IMG/VR virus record: IMGVR_UViG_3300044506_000040
Length of the DNA stretch: 57,570 nucleotides
From: an uncultured virus (IMG/VR IMGVR_UViG_3300044506_000040)
Taxonomy: Duplodnaviria; Heunggongvirae; Uroviricota; Caudoviricetes
Strand: one strand, 5' to 3'
In this document: positions 18,120 to 27,927 of the stretch, piece after piece
How the letters are laid out: the number at the start of each line of letters is the position of its first letter
Numbering within the stretch: position 1 is the stretch's first letter
Notes under the pieces: model-generated
What the model was told of the DNA's origin: nothing
Seen by the model: only the letters and a program-made list of their open reading frames with translations
Database searches by the model: none
Translations under genes and position numbers: made by a program

Positions 18120-18569
18120 ATGAATACGAAAGAACTCGACGTCGTTGAAGACGCCATCCTGCAAGCGTATCAAACGAACAAGAAGTCCAAGCGCCGTGTG
18201 CAGATCAAAACGGACCAGTTCAACGGTCTCACGATGCTGGAAGTCTTTGTCGGTAATGTGAAGACGGGCGACGTCAAGCACCGCGTGCGCTTCTTCCGCA
18301 ACAACGTGGAAGTGTTCTCGTACTGGATGGCGCAAGAGGACCGCAACCCGATCATCGCGAAGATGCTCTTCGAAGGCTATACGCAGAAGCGTATCTCTGA
18401 GATGCTTGGTCTCAGTGCGGGCACCATCAACAAGGACGTGCGTTACATGCGCGATCACACGGTCATGCTCGACGGCTATCAGTTCCGCAAGCCGGCCGCA
18501 GCCCCCGTGAAGAACTCGCGCTGGAACACGAAGTCCAAGGCCAAACAACCGTCCGTCTCTGTCCATTAA
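18120..18569 (+). CDS. HTH DNA-binding protein, paralog of 13845-14294
   Basis: GYTQKRISEMLGLSAGTINKDV. Confidence 0.7.
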   Translation: MNTKELDVVEDAILQAYQTNKKSKRRVQIKTDQFNGLTMLEVFVGNVKTGDVKHRVRFFRNNVEVFSYWMAQEDRNPIIAKMLFEGYTQKRISEMLGLSAGTINKDVRYMRDHTVMLDGYQFRKPAAAPVKNSRWNTKSKAKQPSVSVH

Positions 18570-18579
18570 GGAGATCTTC

Positions 18580-18930
18580 ATGGCAAAGAAGCACCTGGAA
18601 CCGATCGCGAACACCAACACCGATACGATGGAAAACGTGTTCGCTAAGCTGCGCGAGTTCGGCGCCACGCAAGACATGCTGGACTACATCGCCGACACAG
18701 TGCGCGCGCAGCGTGATCGCTACGGTCCGTTGAAGATCGGCCTTGGCATGGGCATCGACCGGGATGCGACGGTGAAGAACCCCGAGACCAAGGAAGAGTT
18801 GAAGTGTGAACTCATCGTCTTCCACATGAACATCTCGAAGAGCGATACGCCAGAGAAGTTGGAGAACACGGTCGTCATCGGTTTCATGCTCAAGGACGGC
18901 AAGATCGATCAACTCGTCAACATGAGCTAA
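18580..18930 (+). CDS. hypothetical protein
   Basis: TAAGGAG RBS. Confidence 0.75.
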   Translation: MAKKHLEPIANTNTDTMENVFAKLREFGATQDMLDYIADTVRAQRDRYGPLKIGLGMGIDRDATVKNPETKEELKCELIVFHMNISKSDTPEKLENTVVIGFMLKDGKIDQLVNMS

Positions 18931-18995
18931 CAGTTTTTCAGCAGTACCCTTTCCCCACCGCAGTACCCCTATCGAACGTTATCAAGGAAACGAAA

Positions 18996-19850
18996 ATGAA
19001 CAAGCAAGCCATCAAGACCATCTCGATCGCCGACCTGCAAGAACACCTGCCGAAGCTGCCGTTCACCAAGATCGTCGGTGTCGACTTCACGCATCGTGAT
19101 CTGCACATCAGCAAGCTGCCGCATATCGAGCTGTCGCTGGTGGATGTGAAGACGGCGGAGAAGGCCCGTGTGCTGCTGCGCTTCGAAGAAATCACCTACG
19201 GTCCGCAGTACGACTACCAGGTCACCCAGAACCTCTTCAGCGAATGGGTCGCCACGCTGCTCGACGCCATCAACCAGATGGGCGACACGGATGAAGGCGG
19301 CGAGCGTACGACGTACGCCTTCGTCACGCACCTGGACGCACCGTGGGGCAACCCGCATCAGCACGCAGCACAGCAGGTTGGCTTCTTCTCGCCGACGGAC
19401 GCGAGCCTCTACAGCAAACCGCGTTCGAACGAAGAGATCGCGCGGCAACTGGTGGCGAACCGCATGATGGCGACCATGGGAACGGCGCAGACCCGCACCG
19501 TGGCACACCTGGGTATCAGCCTCTACAACAGCGAGAAGGGCGATCCGTTCCTGAGCCTGACCGGCAACCTCGGTCACGGCGTCAGCTTCTCGGCAATCCT
19601 CACGCAAGACGAGCCGGGCCAGAAGAAGTTCGTCGAGGACCTGGAGGATCAAGGCCATGCGGTCGCTCAAGTTCACATCGGTGGCAAGAAGTACATCCTG
19701 AGCACGGGTTACGCATTCGGCCTGTCCGAACAACTGGGCGACATGCTCAACATCAAGTCCGTCGAAGCCGCATTCGTCGGTCTGTGGGGCCAGTACTTCG
19801 AAGAACTCGGCCTGAAGGCGCTGCCGATCGAAGTCGTCGCCGTCAAGTAA
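18996..19850 (+). CDS. hypothetical protein
   Basis: Strong codon bias; terminator at 19907-19945. Confidence 0.8.
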   Translation: MNKQAIKTISIADLQEHLPKLPFTKIVGVDFTHRDLHISKLPHIELSLVDVKTAEKARVLLRFEEITYGPQYDYQVTQNLFSEWVATLLDAINQMGDTDEGGERTTYAFVTHLDAPWGNPHQHAAQQVGFFSPTDASLYSKPRSNEEIARQLVANRMMATMGTAQTRTVAHLGISLYNSEKGDPFLSLTGNLGHGVSFSAILTQDEPGQKKFVEDLEDQGHAVAQVHIGGKKYILSTGYAFGLSEQLGDMLNIKSVEAAFVGLWGQYFEELGLKALPIEVVAVK

Positions 19851-19965
19851 TGCAGTAGTATCAGTGGAGTACCGTGCATGGAAAGGGGTTTTCATGTATG
19901 GTTTTGGGAGCCTCGTTCTGAGGAGGGCGGGGCTCCTATTTTTTTCTACCCCTAAAGGTAATGAG

Positions 19966-20382
19966 ATGATCACCCCCGTCAAAGTCGCAGTTGTCGGAGA
20001 ACCTCTTACGAGCGAAGTATTGGCTCAAGGCTCTGACGCATTCGATAAACTTGACGCGCTCTGGGCATCGGGCACGCCGCGCCTCACTTTTTCTGGTTGG
20101 GTACGTGGGAACTACATGACGCTGGAAGGTCTGCGCCGGGACACCTGGCCGCGCATCTATCAGCTTTACAAGGCCCAACGTATCAAGATTGGCAACCACA
20201 TCCATGAAGCCTATCGCTTTGTGTTGATGGCGGTGCCGGAATTGAACCTCCAGCGACTGGAAGACTTCACTCCTGAAGTGGAGAAACGTCTTCACGCGGA
20301 ATCCATGATCTTCACCTGCTACCTCGTGGCAGGGAACCACGGTCTCATCACCACTGTCATCAATCCCAGATTCAAGGACTGA
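19966..20382 (+). CDS. hypothetical protein
   Basis: AAGGT RBS before ATG 19966. Confidence 0.65.
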   Translation: MITPVKVAVVGEPLTSEVLAQGSDAFDKLDALWASGTPRLTFSGWVRGNYMTLEGLRRDTWPRIYQLYKAQRIKIGNHIHEAYRFVLMAVPELNLQRLEDFTPEVEKRLHAESMIFTCYLVAGNHGLITTVINPRFKD

Positions 20383-20383
20383 G

Positions 20384-20998
20384 ATGGAAGACAACGAGGA
20401 AGAACGCGAAAGTAACCCGACCTATCTGCTGCGCTTTCAAACGCACGATGGTCAGACTTGGTATTACGGCTGTAATTCGGCAGCATCGTACTTCTCGGGT
20501 TTGTTTCCGCCTTCGAGCATTGGTCCTCAACGGCGTGAACAAACCGCCAAGCTCATTGGCATCGTGGACGGCAACATCGTCAATAGTGGACCGCTCCTCT
20601 TTGATGATTACGCCGGTGCCTACGACGTCATGCAGATGTTCCAGGATGCGCCGTACTTTGTCTATGGTCAGATCGAGACCGAGACGGCTGGCATCCAGGA
20701 AGTCAAGGCGAACCTGCTCACGAAGAACGTGAATCCCGTCTTCAACGTCGAGACGGGTGTCGCCAGTGCTTCAGTCGTGAACTTTCACGATGGGGTCTTC
20801 ATCGAACTGTGCGCAACGCGCTATGTGAAGAACCCCGACGCCTGGACCATCAAGCCGCACGAGGACCCCAGGCTTAGTTATGATGTCAAGGTGGCCGAGA
20901 GTTATCTTGTCTACCCGCTCCTGCGTTACCCGCTCACCTATCGGAAGAAAGAAAATGAACCAACCGAACAAACAAAAACAACTGGACAAGATCAGTAA
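20384..20998 (+). CDS. hypothetical protein
   Basis: ORF in operon. Confidence 0.7.
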   Translation: MEDNEEERESNPTYLLRFQTHDGQTWYYGCNSAASYFSGLFPPSSIGPQRREQTAKLIGIVDGNIVNSGPLLFDDYAGAYDVMQMFQDAPYFVYGQIETETAGIQEVKANLLTKNVNPVFNVETGVASASVVNFHDGVFIELCATRYVKNPDAWTIKPHEDPRLSYDVKVAESYLVYPLLRYPLTYRKKENEPTEQTKTTGQDQ

Positions 20999-21548
20999 GT
21001 TCCTCAGCTTCGTGCTGCGCCACAAGCCGGAATCGATCGGGATCATCCTGGACCGTGAAGGCTGGACGGGCATCGATCTGCTGATCAAGCATGCAACGAT
21101 GGCCCCGGACGGCATGACGTTCGATCGCCCGACGCTGCTGGAAGTCGTGGTCACGAACGGCAAGCAGCGTTTCGAGATCTCCTCGGACGGCTCGCGCATT
21201 CGTGCGGTGCAGGGTCACTCGACGACGGAAGTCGATCGCAGCTTTGTCGAGAAGGTCCCGCCGGCAGTGCTCTATCACGGTACGGCCCGCAAGACGATCG
21301 ATCCGATTCTCGACGACGGCCTGTTGCCGATGTCGCGTCAGTACGTGCACCTCTCGGAAGACTACGAGACGGCACTGGAAGTCGGCCAGCGTCACGGCAA
21401 GGCAGTGGTGCTGGAGATCTATGCAGGCGCCATGCACAAGGCTGGTATCAAGTTCTACCAGGCTGAGAACGGCGTGTGGCTTACCGAGAAGGTCGGCCTG
21501 GATCACATCTCGGTTATTCTGAAGCGGCCCGGCAATGCTGCATCGTAG
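20955..21548 (+). CDS. kptA: RNA 2'-phosphotransferase (Tpt1/KptA)
   Basis: ISKFLSFVLRH.P, KQRF, IRAVQGHS, LYHGT, RQYVHLS, NGVWL. Confidence 0.95.
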   Translation: MNQPNKQKQLDKISKFLSFVLRHKPESIGIILDREGWTGIDLLIKHATMAPDGMTFDRPTLLEVVVTNGKQRFEISSDGSRIRAVQGHSTTEVDRSFVEKVPPAVLYHGTARKTIDPILDDGLLPMSRQYVHLSEDYETALEVGQRHGKAVVLEIYAGAMHKAGIKFYQAENGVWLTEKVGLDHISVILKRPGNAAS

Positions 21549-21637
21549 CCTGTTGGATAAGCCCAGGAAGCATAGCGTCGACGCCTCGATGTATTGCTGC
21601 CTCTACGCCATCCCCCTGACTCCACAAGGAACTGGTA

Positions 21638-22549
21638 ATGCTCAGCAAGCAAGTGAAGGAACGCATTCGCAAGAACAAGCAGCGACGCGTGATGTGTCGC
21701 AAGAAGGCCGGGCGTGAATTGCAGCGCGCCATGCGACGCGCTCGTCAGCATCCGAGCGACTTCCTCAACATCTGGTCGCCGGTGAACAAGAACGGTCGCA
21801 GCTTCAGTTTCCTGAAGGGCATCGACAAGCTCATCGAGCAGGGTCTGAATGAACCGATTCCCACGGGGTTCGAATCCATCCAGCGGATGTTGAAGGGCGG
21901 TGGCTTTAAGCGGGGTGAGTTGCCGATCCTCATCGGTCGCGCGGTGCCGCAGCATGAACGGCGCACGGACTTCAACGGTTACCTGATCAACAAGGCGATG
22001 GAGATGGGTAAGCCTATCCAGATCTCGTTGGAGCACGAACCCTTCTACGATCTGGAAGCGCTGCCCAAGCCCATGCCGGAATTCATCATCGGGCTGGATC
22101 CCGGTGCGAAGGAAGGTGATCAGAGCGCCACGAAGTTCATGACCATCGTGCGGGGCAAGCGTCGTAATCCGGCGACGGGCTCGATCTTCGACATCAAGAT
22201 GGATTTCAGCAAGGTCAGTCTGGAAGACATCGGGAAGGCGGGTGATGCGCAGGAGATCTTCACGCAGCGCGAAGTGGATAGCCGCATGGCAATGCTCTCC
22301 GAAGCGACGGTGGCGCCACGCATGTATAAGAAGCCGGACGGCACGATGGAGGTGATCAGCTACGACCTGGTGAATGCCCAGGAACCGAGCGATGCGCTTC
22401 ACGCCGTTCAGGTTGCGCAAGCAGCGTACGCCCGCCACATGGACAGCTGGGTTGAACAGGTGAAGGCGCCCGATGCCGTCGAAGGCAAAACGTTCTTCAC
22501 GATCGATTCCTTCTCGGAATTCGAGGATAAAGATGCGAATCGTCCTTGA
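21638..22549 (+). CDS. hypothetical protein with degenerate DnaB/RadA-like segment
   Basis: IPTGFESIQRMLKGGGFKRGEL but no Walker A; MLSKQV basic N-terminus. Confidence 0.65.
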   Translation: MLSKQVKERIRKNKQRRVMCRKKAGRELQRAMRRARQHPSDFLNIWSPVNKNGRSFSFLKGIDKLIEQGLNEPIPTGFESIQRMLKGGGFKRGELPILIGRAVPQHERRTDFNGYLINKAMEMGKPIQISLEHEPFYDLEALPKPMPEFIIGLDPGAKEGDQSATKFMTIVRGKRRNPATGSIFDIKMDFSKVSLEDIGKAGDAQEIFTQREVDSRMAMLSEATVAPRMYKKPDGTMEVISYDLVNAQEPSDALHAVQVAQAAYARHMDSWVEQVKAPDAVEGKTFFTIDSFSEFEDKDANRP

Positions 22550-22964
22550 ACCGAATAGCGTCACCTTCATCGACGATGTGGGTGAAGAGATCTATTACAA
22601 CCTGGCGGCCGCGCAGTTCGGCTACGCGCTTTCGTGCATTCATGATCGTTCCTACTTCAGCTACGATCATCCGGGCGATGAGTACCGTGCCGCGTGCGAT
22701 TACTTCCATCGCCATCTGAAAGACGCCTGTCGAATTTCAGAGCAGCGTAAGAAGGACAATCGTGCACGGCGCTTTGTGCGCGACTTCCTGCGCGAGTGGA
22801 CCTACCTCCTGTACCGCAAGGGCGTGGAGTGCAATTACACCCCCGAGACCATGCCGCCGCACGTGCTCGAAGAAGTACGGGTGGAAGCGCATGCGATCGT
22901 CACGAAACGTTATACGGAGTTGGACAATGCTCAGCAAAGCAGTCAAGGCACGCATCAAACATAA
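22533..22964 (+). CDS. hypothetical protein
   Basis: GAGGA RBS. Confidence 0.65.
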   Translation: MRIVLEPNSVTFIDDVGEEIYYNLAAAQFGYALSCIHDRSYFSYDHPGDEYRAACDYFHRHLKDACRISEQRKKDNRARRFVRDFLREWTYLLYRKGVECNYTPETMPPHVLEEVRVEAHAIVTKRYTELDNAQQSSQGTHQT

Positions 22965-23484
22965 CGAGCAAGAGCGTTTGAGGCGTCGTCACATTCGCCT
23001 CTTGCAGAAGTACTTCATCAAGTCGTTGATCATCCCGATCCCGGCGCGTTCGCAGTTCCGTCTGAAGGACTTCCTCAAGGAAGCCGGCATCACAGATAAG
23101 CAGATGTTCCTGGCCAAGTACACCATCGTCTACTATCCAGCACATCGGAAGGACAAGGACATCATCTACGGTCAGTTCGTGCGCAGTATTCGGGATCCGT
23201 CTTTCTGTAGCTTCATGATCAACGTGAAGACGAAGACGCTGCACGGCCTGACCGTCGAAGGGTTTCAGATCAACCTGGAAGAACGCCGCGCGTTCGATCT
23301 GCGACCCAATCCGAACAACTGTTCGACCTGCAAGTACAAGACGATGAATGACGGCGAACCCGGCCACTGCTACATGTTCCGGGATGAACCGCAAGAAGTA
23401 TGCATGCAGCATAGCGGCCGTGCTGACATGTTTATCATCAGCCCCAAGCGGTACTCGGCCTTCTTTCCTGTCAAATCTGAATAA
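22927..23484 (+). CDS. hypothetical protein (MLSKAV N-terminus, C-terminal Cys cluster)
   Basis: CSTCKY...HCYMF...CMQH. Confidence 0.7.
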   Translation: MLSKAVKARIKHNEQERLRRRHIRLLQKYFIKSLIIPIPARSQFRLKDFLKEAGITDKQMFLAKYTIVYYPAHRKDKDIIYGQFVRSIRDPSFCSFMINVKTKTLHGLTVEGFQINLEERRAFDLRPNPNNCSTCKYKTMNDGEPGHCYMFRDEPQEVCMQHSGRADMFIISPKRYSAFFPVKSE

Positions 23485-23490
23485 CGAAAA

Positions 23491-24000
23491 ATGAAGAAAA
23501 CAATTCTGGCCGCACTCTTGTGTGTGGCCGCACAAGCACACGCTATCTCGATTGCGTCGGTTCACGTCTCGGTGCCGCATGTGGCTGTCGAAAGCGTGCA
23601 CGTCTCGACGCCGTCGGTTCACGTCACGGAAGTCGCTCCGCACATCAGCGAGAGCGCCGCCGCGGAAAGTGCTGCGATCAATGCAGCAGAGCGCGCGAAC
23701 GAGACCCGGGGTCTGGCCGTGAAGCCGAGCTCCTCGCAAGACGAAGACACGCAGCGCGTGATCAACCAGACGAATCAGCAGATCATGCTGGCTCAGGCGC
23801 ACCAGTCGCGCGTTGAAGCGGACGCTGCTTCGGAAGCTTCGGGCACGGACGCAACCGAGCAGACCGATTACGAGAAGTGGATCATCGGAGCGATCGTCTC
23901 CGTCATCCTCTTCGGTATCATCGGCTTTCCGCTCTACGGCTCATTCAAGGAGAAGCAAGGTGAGCAAGAAAACAATCGACGTTCTGGTTCGCGACGTTAA
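23491..24000 (+). CDS. exported/membrane-anchored protein
   Basis: Signal peptide ending AQAHA, repeated VHV(S/T)/PH units, C-terminal TM helix. Confidence 0.75.
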   Translation: MKKTILAALLCVAAQAHAISIASVHVSVPHVAVESVHVSTPSVHVTEVAPHISESAAAESAAINAAERANETRGLAVKPSSSQDEDTQRVINQTNQQIMLAQAHQSRVEADAASEASGTDATEQTDYEKWIIGAIVSVILFGIIGFPLYGSFKEKQGEQENNRRSGSRR

Positions 24001-24406
24001 GCAGGGCAAGACGATCTGGCTGGTGAACGTCACCATTGTCGACGGCATGTCGGATGAGCATCGCATTGAGCTCATGAAGCGTTATCCGCATTTGCCGGAA
24101 CGCTGGGCAAATGACGACGCCTGGGGACGGGCGCGGATTCGCAAGCCCGAGCAGATCTTCGTGCACAACCGCGAAGCCATCCTGGAAGAGCTCTCGTATC
24201 TGTGGCCGGCCGCACGGGCCTTCAACCGTCGGAAAGACGCTTGGGCTTACTACGGCCTGGTGGCGCCGGTGGTGGCACAGAAGTTCCTGGAATTGGAAGC
24301 GCGCTTCCCGCCGCATATCAACATGCCCAAGAACTGGATCGGCAAAGATCTGGCACTAACGCTGGCTGAAATCCCGATGGATGCCAGTATGAAGGAGAGG
24401 AAATGA
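23960..24406 (+). CDS. hypothetical protein
   Basis: GTG start after AAGGAG. Confidence 0.6.
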   Translation: MSKKTIDVLVRDVKQGKTIWLVNVTIVDGMSDEHRIELMKRYPHLPERWANDDAWGRARIRKPEQIFVHNREAILEELSYLWPAARAFNRRKDAWAYYGLVAPVVAQKFLELEARFPPHINMPKNWIGKDLALTLAEIPMDASMKERK

Positions 24407-24687
24407 GAGAGAAGCCCATGCGCGTGTGGTCGTTTCGCGCGGAGTGTCAGGCGGATGCGGAGAAGTTCCGTGACCGCTGCTTGGAAGTGCAGATCAAGAT
24501 GACGATGGACATCGTGCCGGACGGTGGCGGCTTCCCGGATGTGGAGGCTGAGATGAATACGGACGCCACGATGAACCAGATGCACGACATCCTGCGCACC
24601 ATGCCAGACAGCCACGTGATGATCCAGACCCTGCGCGAATGCCCCCGTGCCGAGAACTCCATGGAGCGTGACACGACGATCTGGTAA
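24403..24687 (+). CDS. hypothetical protein
   Basis: ATGA overlap. Confidence 0.7.
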   Translation: MREKPMRVWSFRAECQADAEKFRDRCLEVQIKMTMDIVPDGGGFPDVEAEMNTDATMNQMHDILRTMPDSHVMIQTLRECPRAENSMERDTTIW

Positions 24688-24719
24688 TGGTTTGAAGATG
24701 AACCATTAGGAGAGTCGTT

Positions 24720-25139
24720 GTGAGTACGCCCGTAGGTATGCAAGAGTTGGATCCGATGGTCGATGTGCTGGTTCCGGCCAGTGAACAAGCCATCCTCTTC
24801 AACATCGCGATGTTTGGTGGCACCGAGCTTAGCGTCAACAATGGCGCGGGCATGGAGCACATTCTCGAAACGTTTCAGATGCTCAAGTTCAAAGCGATCA
24901 ACGACTTGGGCATTGCTTCGCCGCAGTACTACGCCTACCGCTCGGATGTGCAACCCGATTCGCAATTCATCATTGCCGGGCCGAGTGGTATGGTCGTCAC
25001 CAACGAGACGCAGCCCCAGCATGTGCGCATGGAGCTGATTCTCAATAGCAACGGTCAGATCGTGCAGGCCGGTGCTGTGTTTGAAACGAGCGATACCTTC
25101 CCTGAAGCAAACCCCCTTAACCCTCCCAACACTCGTTGA
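24720..25139 (+). CDS. hypothetical protein
   Basis: AGGAG RBS, GTG start. Confidence 0.65.
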   Translation: MSTPVGMQELDPMVDVLVPASEQAILFNIAMFGGTELSVNNGAGMEHILETFQMLKFKAINDLGIASPQYYAYRSDVQPDSQFIIAGPSGMVVTNETQPQHVRMELILNSNGQIVQAGAVFETSDTFPEANPLNPPNTR

Positions 25140-25146
25140 GGCAAGT

Positions 25147-25521
25147 ATGAAACCTGTCCGCGCAGCTTGCGGCGTCTTTGTCGCACTCTGCATGAGCACG
25201 CTTGTATATGGTAACTGGCCGAGCACAAACGAAGTACCGTCCATTACCGATCTGGCGTATTTCCCCAACCCCCTCATCCGTCACACTGGCAATGTTGACC
25301 CGCGTGACACCATTGATGCAATTGTGAAAGATGCCACCGCCGATGGTGGCAGTGTAGTGCTGTGTCGCAATAACCACTGTTTGGATCTGGCGACGCATAA
25401 GGACATGGGGCAGGCTCAGGACGGGTATTACGTAGTGTTCGACCGCAATTTGCCGGGGTATGAAGAGCTGTTGAAGAAGTACCAAGAACGTATCCAGAAC
25501 TGGATGCAACAAAGCGACTAA
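25147..25521 (+). CDS. putative exported protein
   Basis: Hydrophobic N-terminus. Confidence 0.6.
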   Translation: MKPVRAACGVFVALCMSTLVYGNWPSTNEVPSITDLAYFPNPLIRHTGNVDPRDTIDAIVKDATADGGSVVLCRNNHCLDLATHKDMGQAQDGYYVVFDRNLPGYEELLKKYQERIQNWMQQSD

Positions 25522-25533
25522 ATAAGGAAGAAC

Positions 25534-25944
25534 ATGTCAGGCATCAAGATCAAGATTGAAGGCGGGGATCTCGCCTTGCGTGCAGCGATTGCCACGTCGA
25601 TTGCTGAAGGACTCAAGCGCGACGACTTCACCAACGTGAAAGCGAAGGTGACGATGGTCTATACGGAAGTGGACCGCGATGTGGGTGGTGCGCCGAGCCG
25701 CAACTTCAGCAAGCGCAGCATCCTGGTGGACGGTGTAGAAACGGCCAAGCCGGGCCTGACCGAAGTGATCATCGTCAGCCCGGAAATCGCGGTGACCTAT
25801 CCGGCGTGTATCGAGCATGTGAAGGACGCTACGCCGGCTAAGCTGGAGACGCCGATCTTGATCGACATGGACTGTCGCCCGCAGTACCAAGAGCGCGCCG
25901 AAGAAGCGTTCTTTAAGGGTGAAGAAGCACCCCAGCTCTTTTGA
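25534..25944 (+). CDS. hypothetical protein
   Basis: TAAGGA RBS; hairpin+TTATGCCGTC follows. Confidence 0.75.
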   Translation: MSGIKIKIEGGDLALRAAIATSIAEGLKRDDFTNVKAKVTMVYTEVDRDVGGAPSRNFSKRSILVDGVETAKPGLTEVIIVSPEIAVTYPACIEHVKDATPAKLETPILIDMDCRPQYQERAEEAFFKGEEAPQLF

Positions 25945-26041
25945 GCACTGGCCGGGTCCTCGGACCTGGCCTTTATGCCGTCTTTTTTCTTTGGCATTAC
26001 TACGTAAGGCTGAAAATCACGATCCTAGAATTTTTCAGATA

Positions 26042-26058
26042 TATATCCCGCGCCTGAC
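26042..26058 (+). promoter_or_regulatory. putative early promoter TATATCC-N6-TGAC
   Basis: Variant of recurrent motif heading the small-gene island. Confidence 0.5.
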
Positions 26059-26116
26059 GAATACCACAAGAATGTTCGTCGATCTATCCTAAACCAACCT
26101 GAAAAGGAGCTTCACC

Positions 26117-26518
26117 ATGAACGCAATCAACCTCCGCCTCGTCGCTACCCGTGCTGCTGAACTCGGCGAACAAGCAATCGACACCGTTGTCGATAACGCC
26201 GACAACCTCGTCGACACGGTCACGGACGGCGAAGCAACGAAGTCGCTGGGCGACAAGGTGCTCGACACGCTGAGCAACAAGTTCGTCATCGGCGGCCTCG
26301 TGGCAGCAGCAGCTGCCGCTGTGGGCTACGGCGTCTACCGCTACATGAAGTCGGACGACAAGCCGGCAGCTACGCCGGCTCCGGCGCCGGCCGCCAACGC
26401 AGAACCGGAACTGACCACCGAGCAGATGGTGGACAAGGCCCGCGAACTGCTGACCGCAGCCGAAAGCAAGATGAAGGCCGCGAAGGTCGCCACGCCGGAA
26501 ACGGCTAAGGCTGCCTAA
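26117..26518 (+). CDS. single-pass membrane protein
   Basis: VIGGLVAAAAAAVGYGVYRY; strong codon bias. Confidence 0.8.
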   Translation: MNAINLRLVATRAAELGEQAIDTVVDNADNLVDTVTDGEATKSLGDKVLDTLSNKFVIGGLVAAAAAAVGYGVYRYMKSDDKPAATPAPAPAANAEPELTTEQMVDKARELLTAAESKMKAAKVATPETAKAA

Positions 26519-26592
26519 GCAGTCAAGTAGTACAAGCGCCCGGGGCTTCGGTCCCGGGCTTTATGCCGCCACTTAACTCAATGGAGATGATC

Positions 26593-26811
26593 ATGGGCGA
26601 CGGATTCAAAGGCTTCATCTTTGGCTTAGGCGCTACCTGTGGCGTCATCCTTGGCCTGTACGCAGGCTTCAGGGCCATTGAGTTCATTGGCTATGCACAG
26701 GCTAAGCGCGAGTTCGCTCGCGAGAAGGCCATGGAAGAACAGCTCGAACAAGCGCGCCGCGAAGGCAGCCGCACGATCGAGCACGGCACCAGCACTCCGG
26801 CTGCCGCGTAA
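26593..26811 (+). CDS. small membrane protein
   Basis: Gly-rich TM then coiled coil. Confidence 0.7.
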   Translation: MGDGFKGFIFGLGATCGVILGLYAGFRAIEFIGYAQAKREFAREKAMEEQLEQARREGSRTIEHGTSTPAAA

Positions 26812-26877
26812 CACAACCGCTTTTCTCCCGCAGTACCCTCACGCATTCCCTCTCTCAACTTTTGTAAAGGAAACATC

Positions 26878-27102
26878 ATGAGCATCATCAAACAAATCGC
26901 TTGCATCGGCGCTTACGCAATGGGCTTCGCCGTCGGTACCTACGGCGCCTGCAAGGTCGTGAAGATCATCGAGAAGAAGTTCCCGATGCAGAACAACCCG
27001 CTGGAAGTCGAGATCCGCACCTCGGGTCGCTCGACGCTCGACGACATGAACAAGTCGTCCTCGGCTTCGCATGGCGGCCCGCTGCCCGCAGCCCCGCTGT
27101 AA
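26878..27102 (+). CDS. small membrane protein
   Basis: AAGGA RBS; IGAYAMGFAVGTYG. Confidence 0.7.
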   Translation: MSIIKQIACIGAYAMGFAVGTYGACKVVKIIEKKFPMQNNPLEVEIRTSGRSTLDDMNKSSSASHGGPLPAAPL

Positions 27103-27179
27103 GCAACACCTATCCCTTCGAGAAGTAGAAGCACCGCTTTACAAACCCACATCCCTTCAATCGTTTTAGGAGTAGCACC

Positions 27180-27326
27180 ATGAAAGACATCCTCAAGAGC
27201 TTCGGCGTTGGCGCAGCAGTGGCATCGGCACTCATCGGCGGCACCTACCTCGCCGCCCGTCTGATCGACGCTGCGGAAATCGGCCTGAAGAAGTTCGAGA
27301 AGCCGGAAGAAACCCCCGCGAAGTAA
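27180..27326 (+). CDS. 48-aa membrane peptide (not in ORF track)
   Basis: TAGGAG RBS; MKDILKSFGVGAAVASALIGGTYLAARLIDAAEIGLKKFEKPEETPAK. Confidence 0.7.
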   Translation: MKDILKSFGVGAAVASALIGGTYLAARLIDAAEIGLKKFEKPEETPAK

Positions 27327-27394
27327 AGCGGGACAATCGGCGGGGGCTCTGACGTGGGGCCCCAGTCAAACCCTGTCACATCGAGAGCACTACC

Positions 27395-27727
27395 ATGCAA
27401 ACGCAACAAGTCTCACCCGCAGCTTTCAAGCTGACGAGCGTTAATCCGCTCATCTCGTTGTTCGACCACGTCACTCGTATTCAGCAGCGTGAGCTGCGCC
27501 CGAGCGACGAAGAGCAGCGCCTGATTTTCCGCAGCAAAGTCACCCGTGCCCTGCTTCAGTACATCGATCGCAAGGTCGACGAATCGTACGGCACGCCGTA
27601 TCACAATCGTGTACGCAACATCGCTTATGAGCGCATCGCACCGACGAGCTCGGTCGAGAACCTCATCATCGAGTTGCGCAAGCGGATCTTTATGATCCAT
27701 AACGCCAAAAAGAAGTACACCCACTAA
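27395..27727 (+). CDS. hypothetical protein
   Basis: ORF in island. Confidence 0.7.
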   Translation: MQTQQVSPAAFKLTSVNPLISLFDHVTRIQQRELRPSDEEQRLIFRSKVTRALLQYIDRKVDESYGTPYHNRVRNIAYERIAPTSSVENLIIELRKRIFMIHNAKKKYTH

Positions 27728-27738
27728 AGGAGTCCACT

Positions 27739-27927
27739 GTGGACTTTTTCACGATGTTCTGCATGTGGTTCCTCGGTGACGCTAAAGCTCAAGCCGTGTC
27801 GCCGGCGGAACTCGTAATCGGTCTGATGATTCTCCTCGTGGGCGTCGTCATCCACTTCAACCTGAAAGGCGAACGCGAGCTCAAAGCTACGCTCGACGCC
27901 GTCAACCATATCCAGAGGCCTGTATGA
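27739..27927 (+). CDS. small membrane protein
   Basis: AAGGAG RBS; TM helix. Confidence 0.7.
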   Translation: MDFFTMFCMWFLGDAKAQAVSPAELVIGLMILLVGVVIHFNLKGERELKATLDAVNHIQRPV

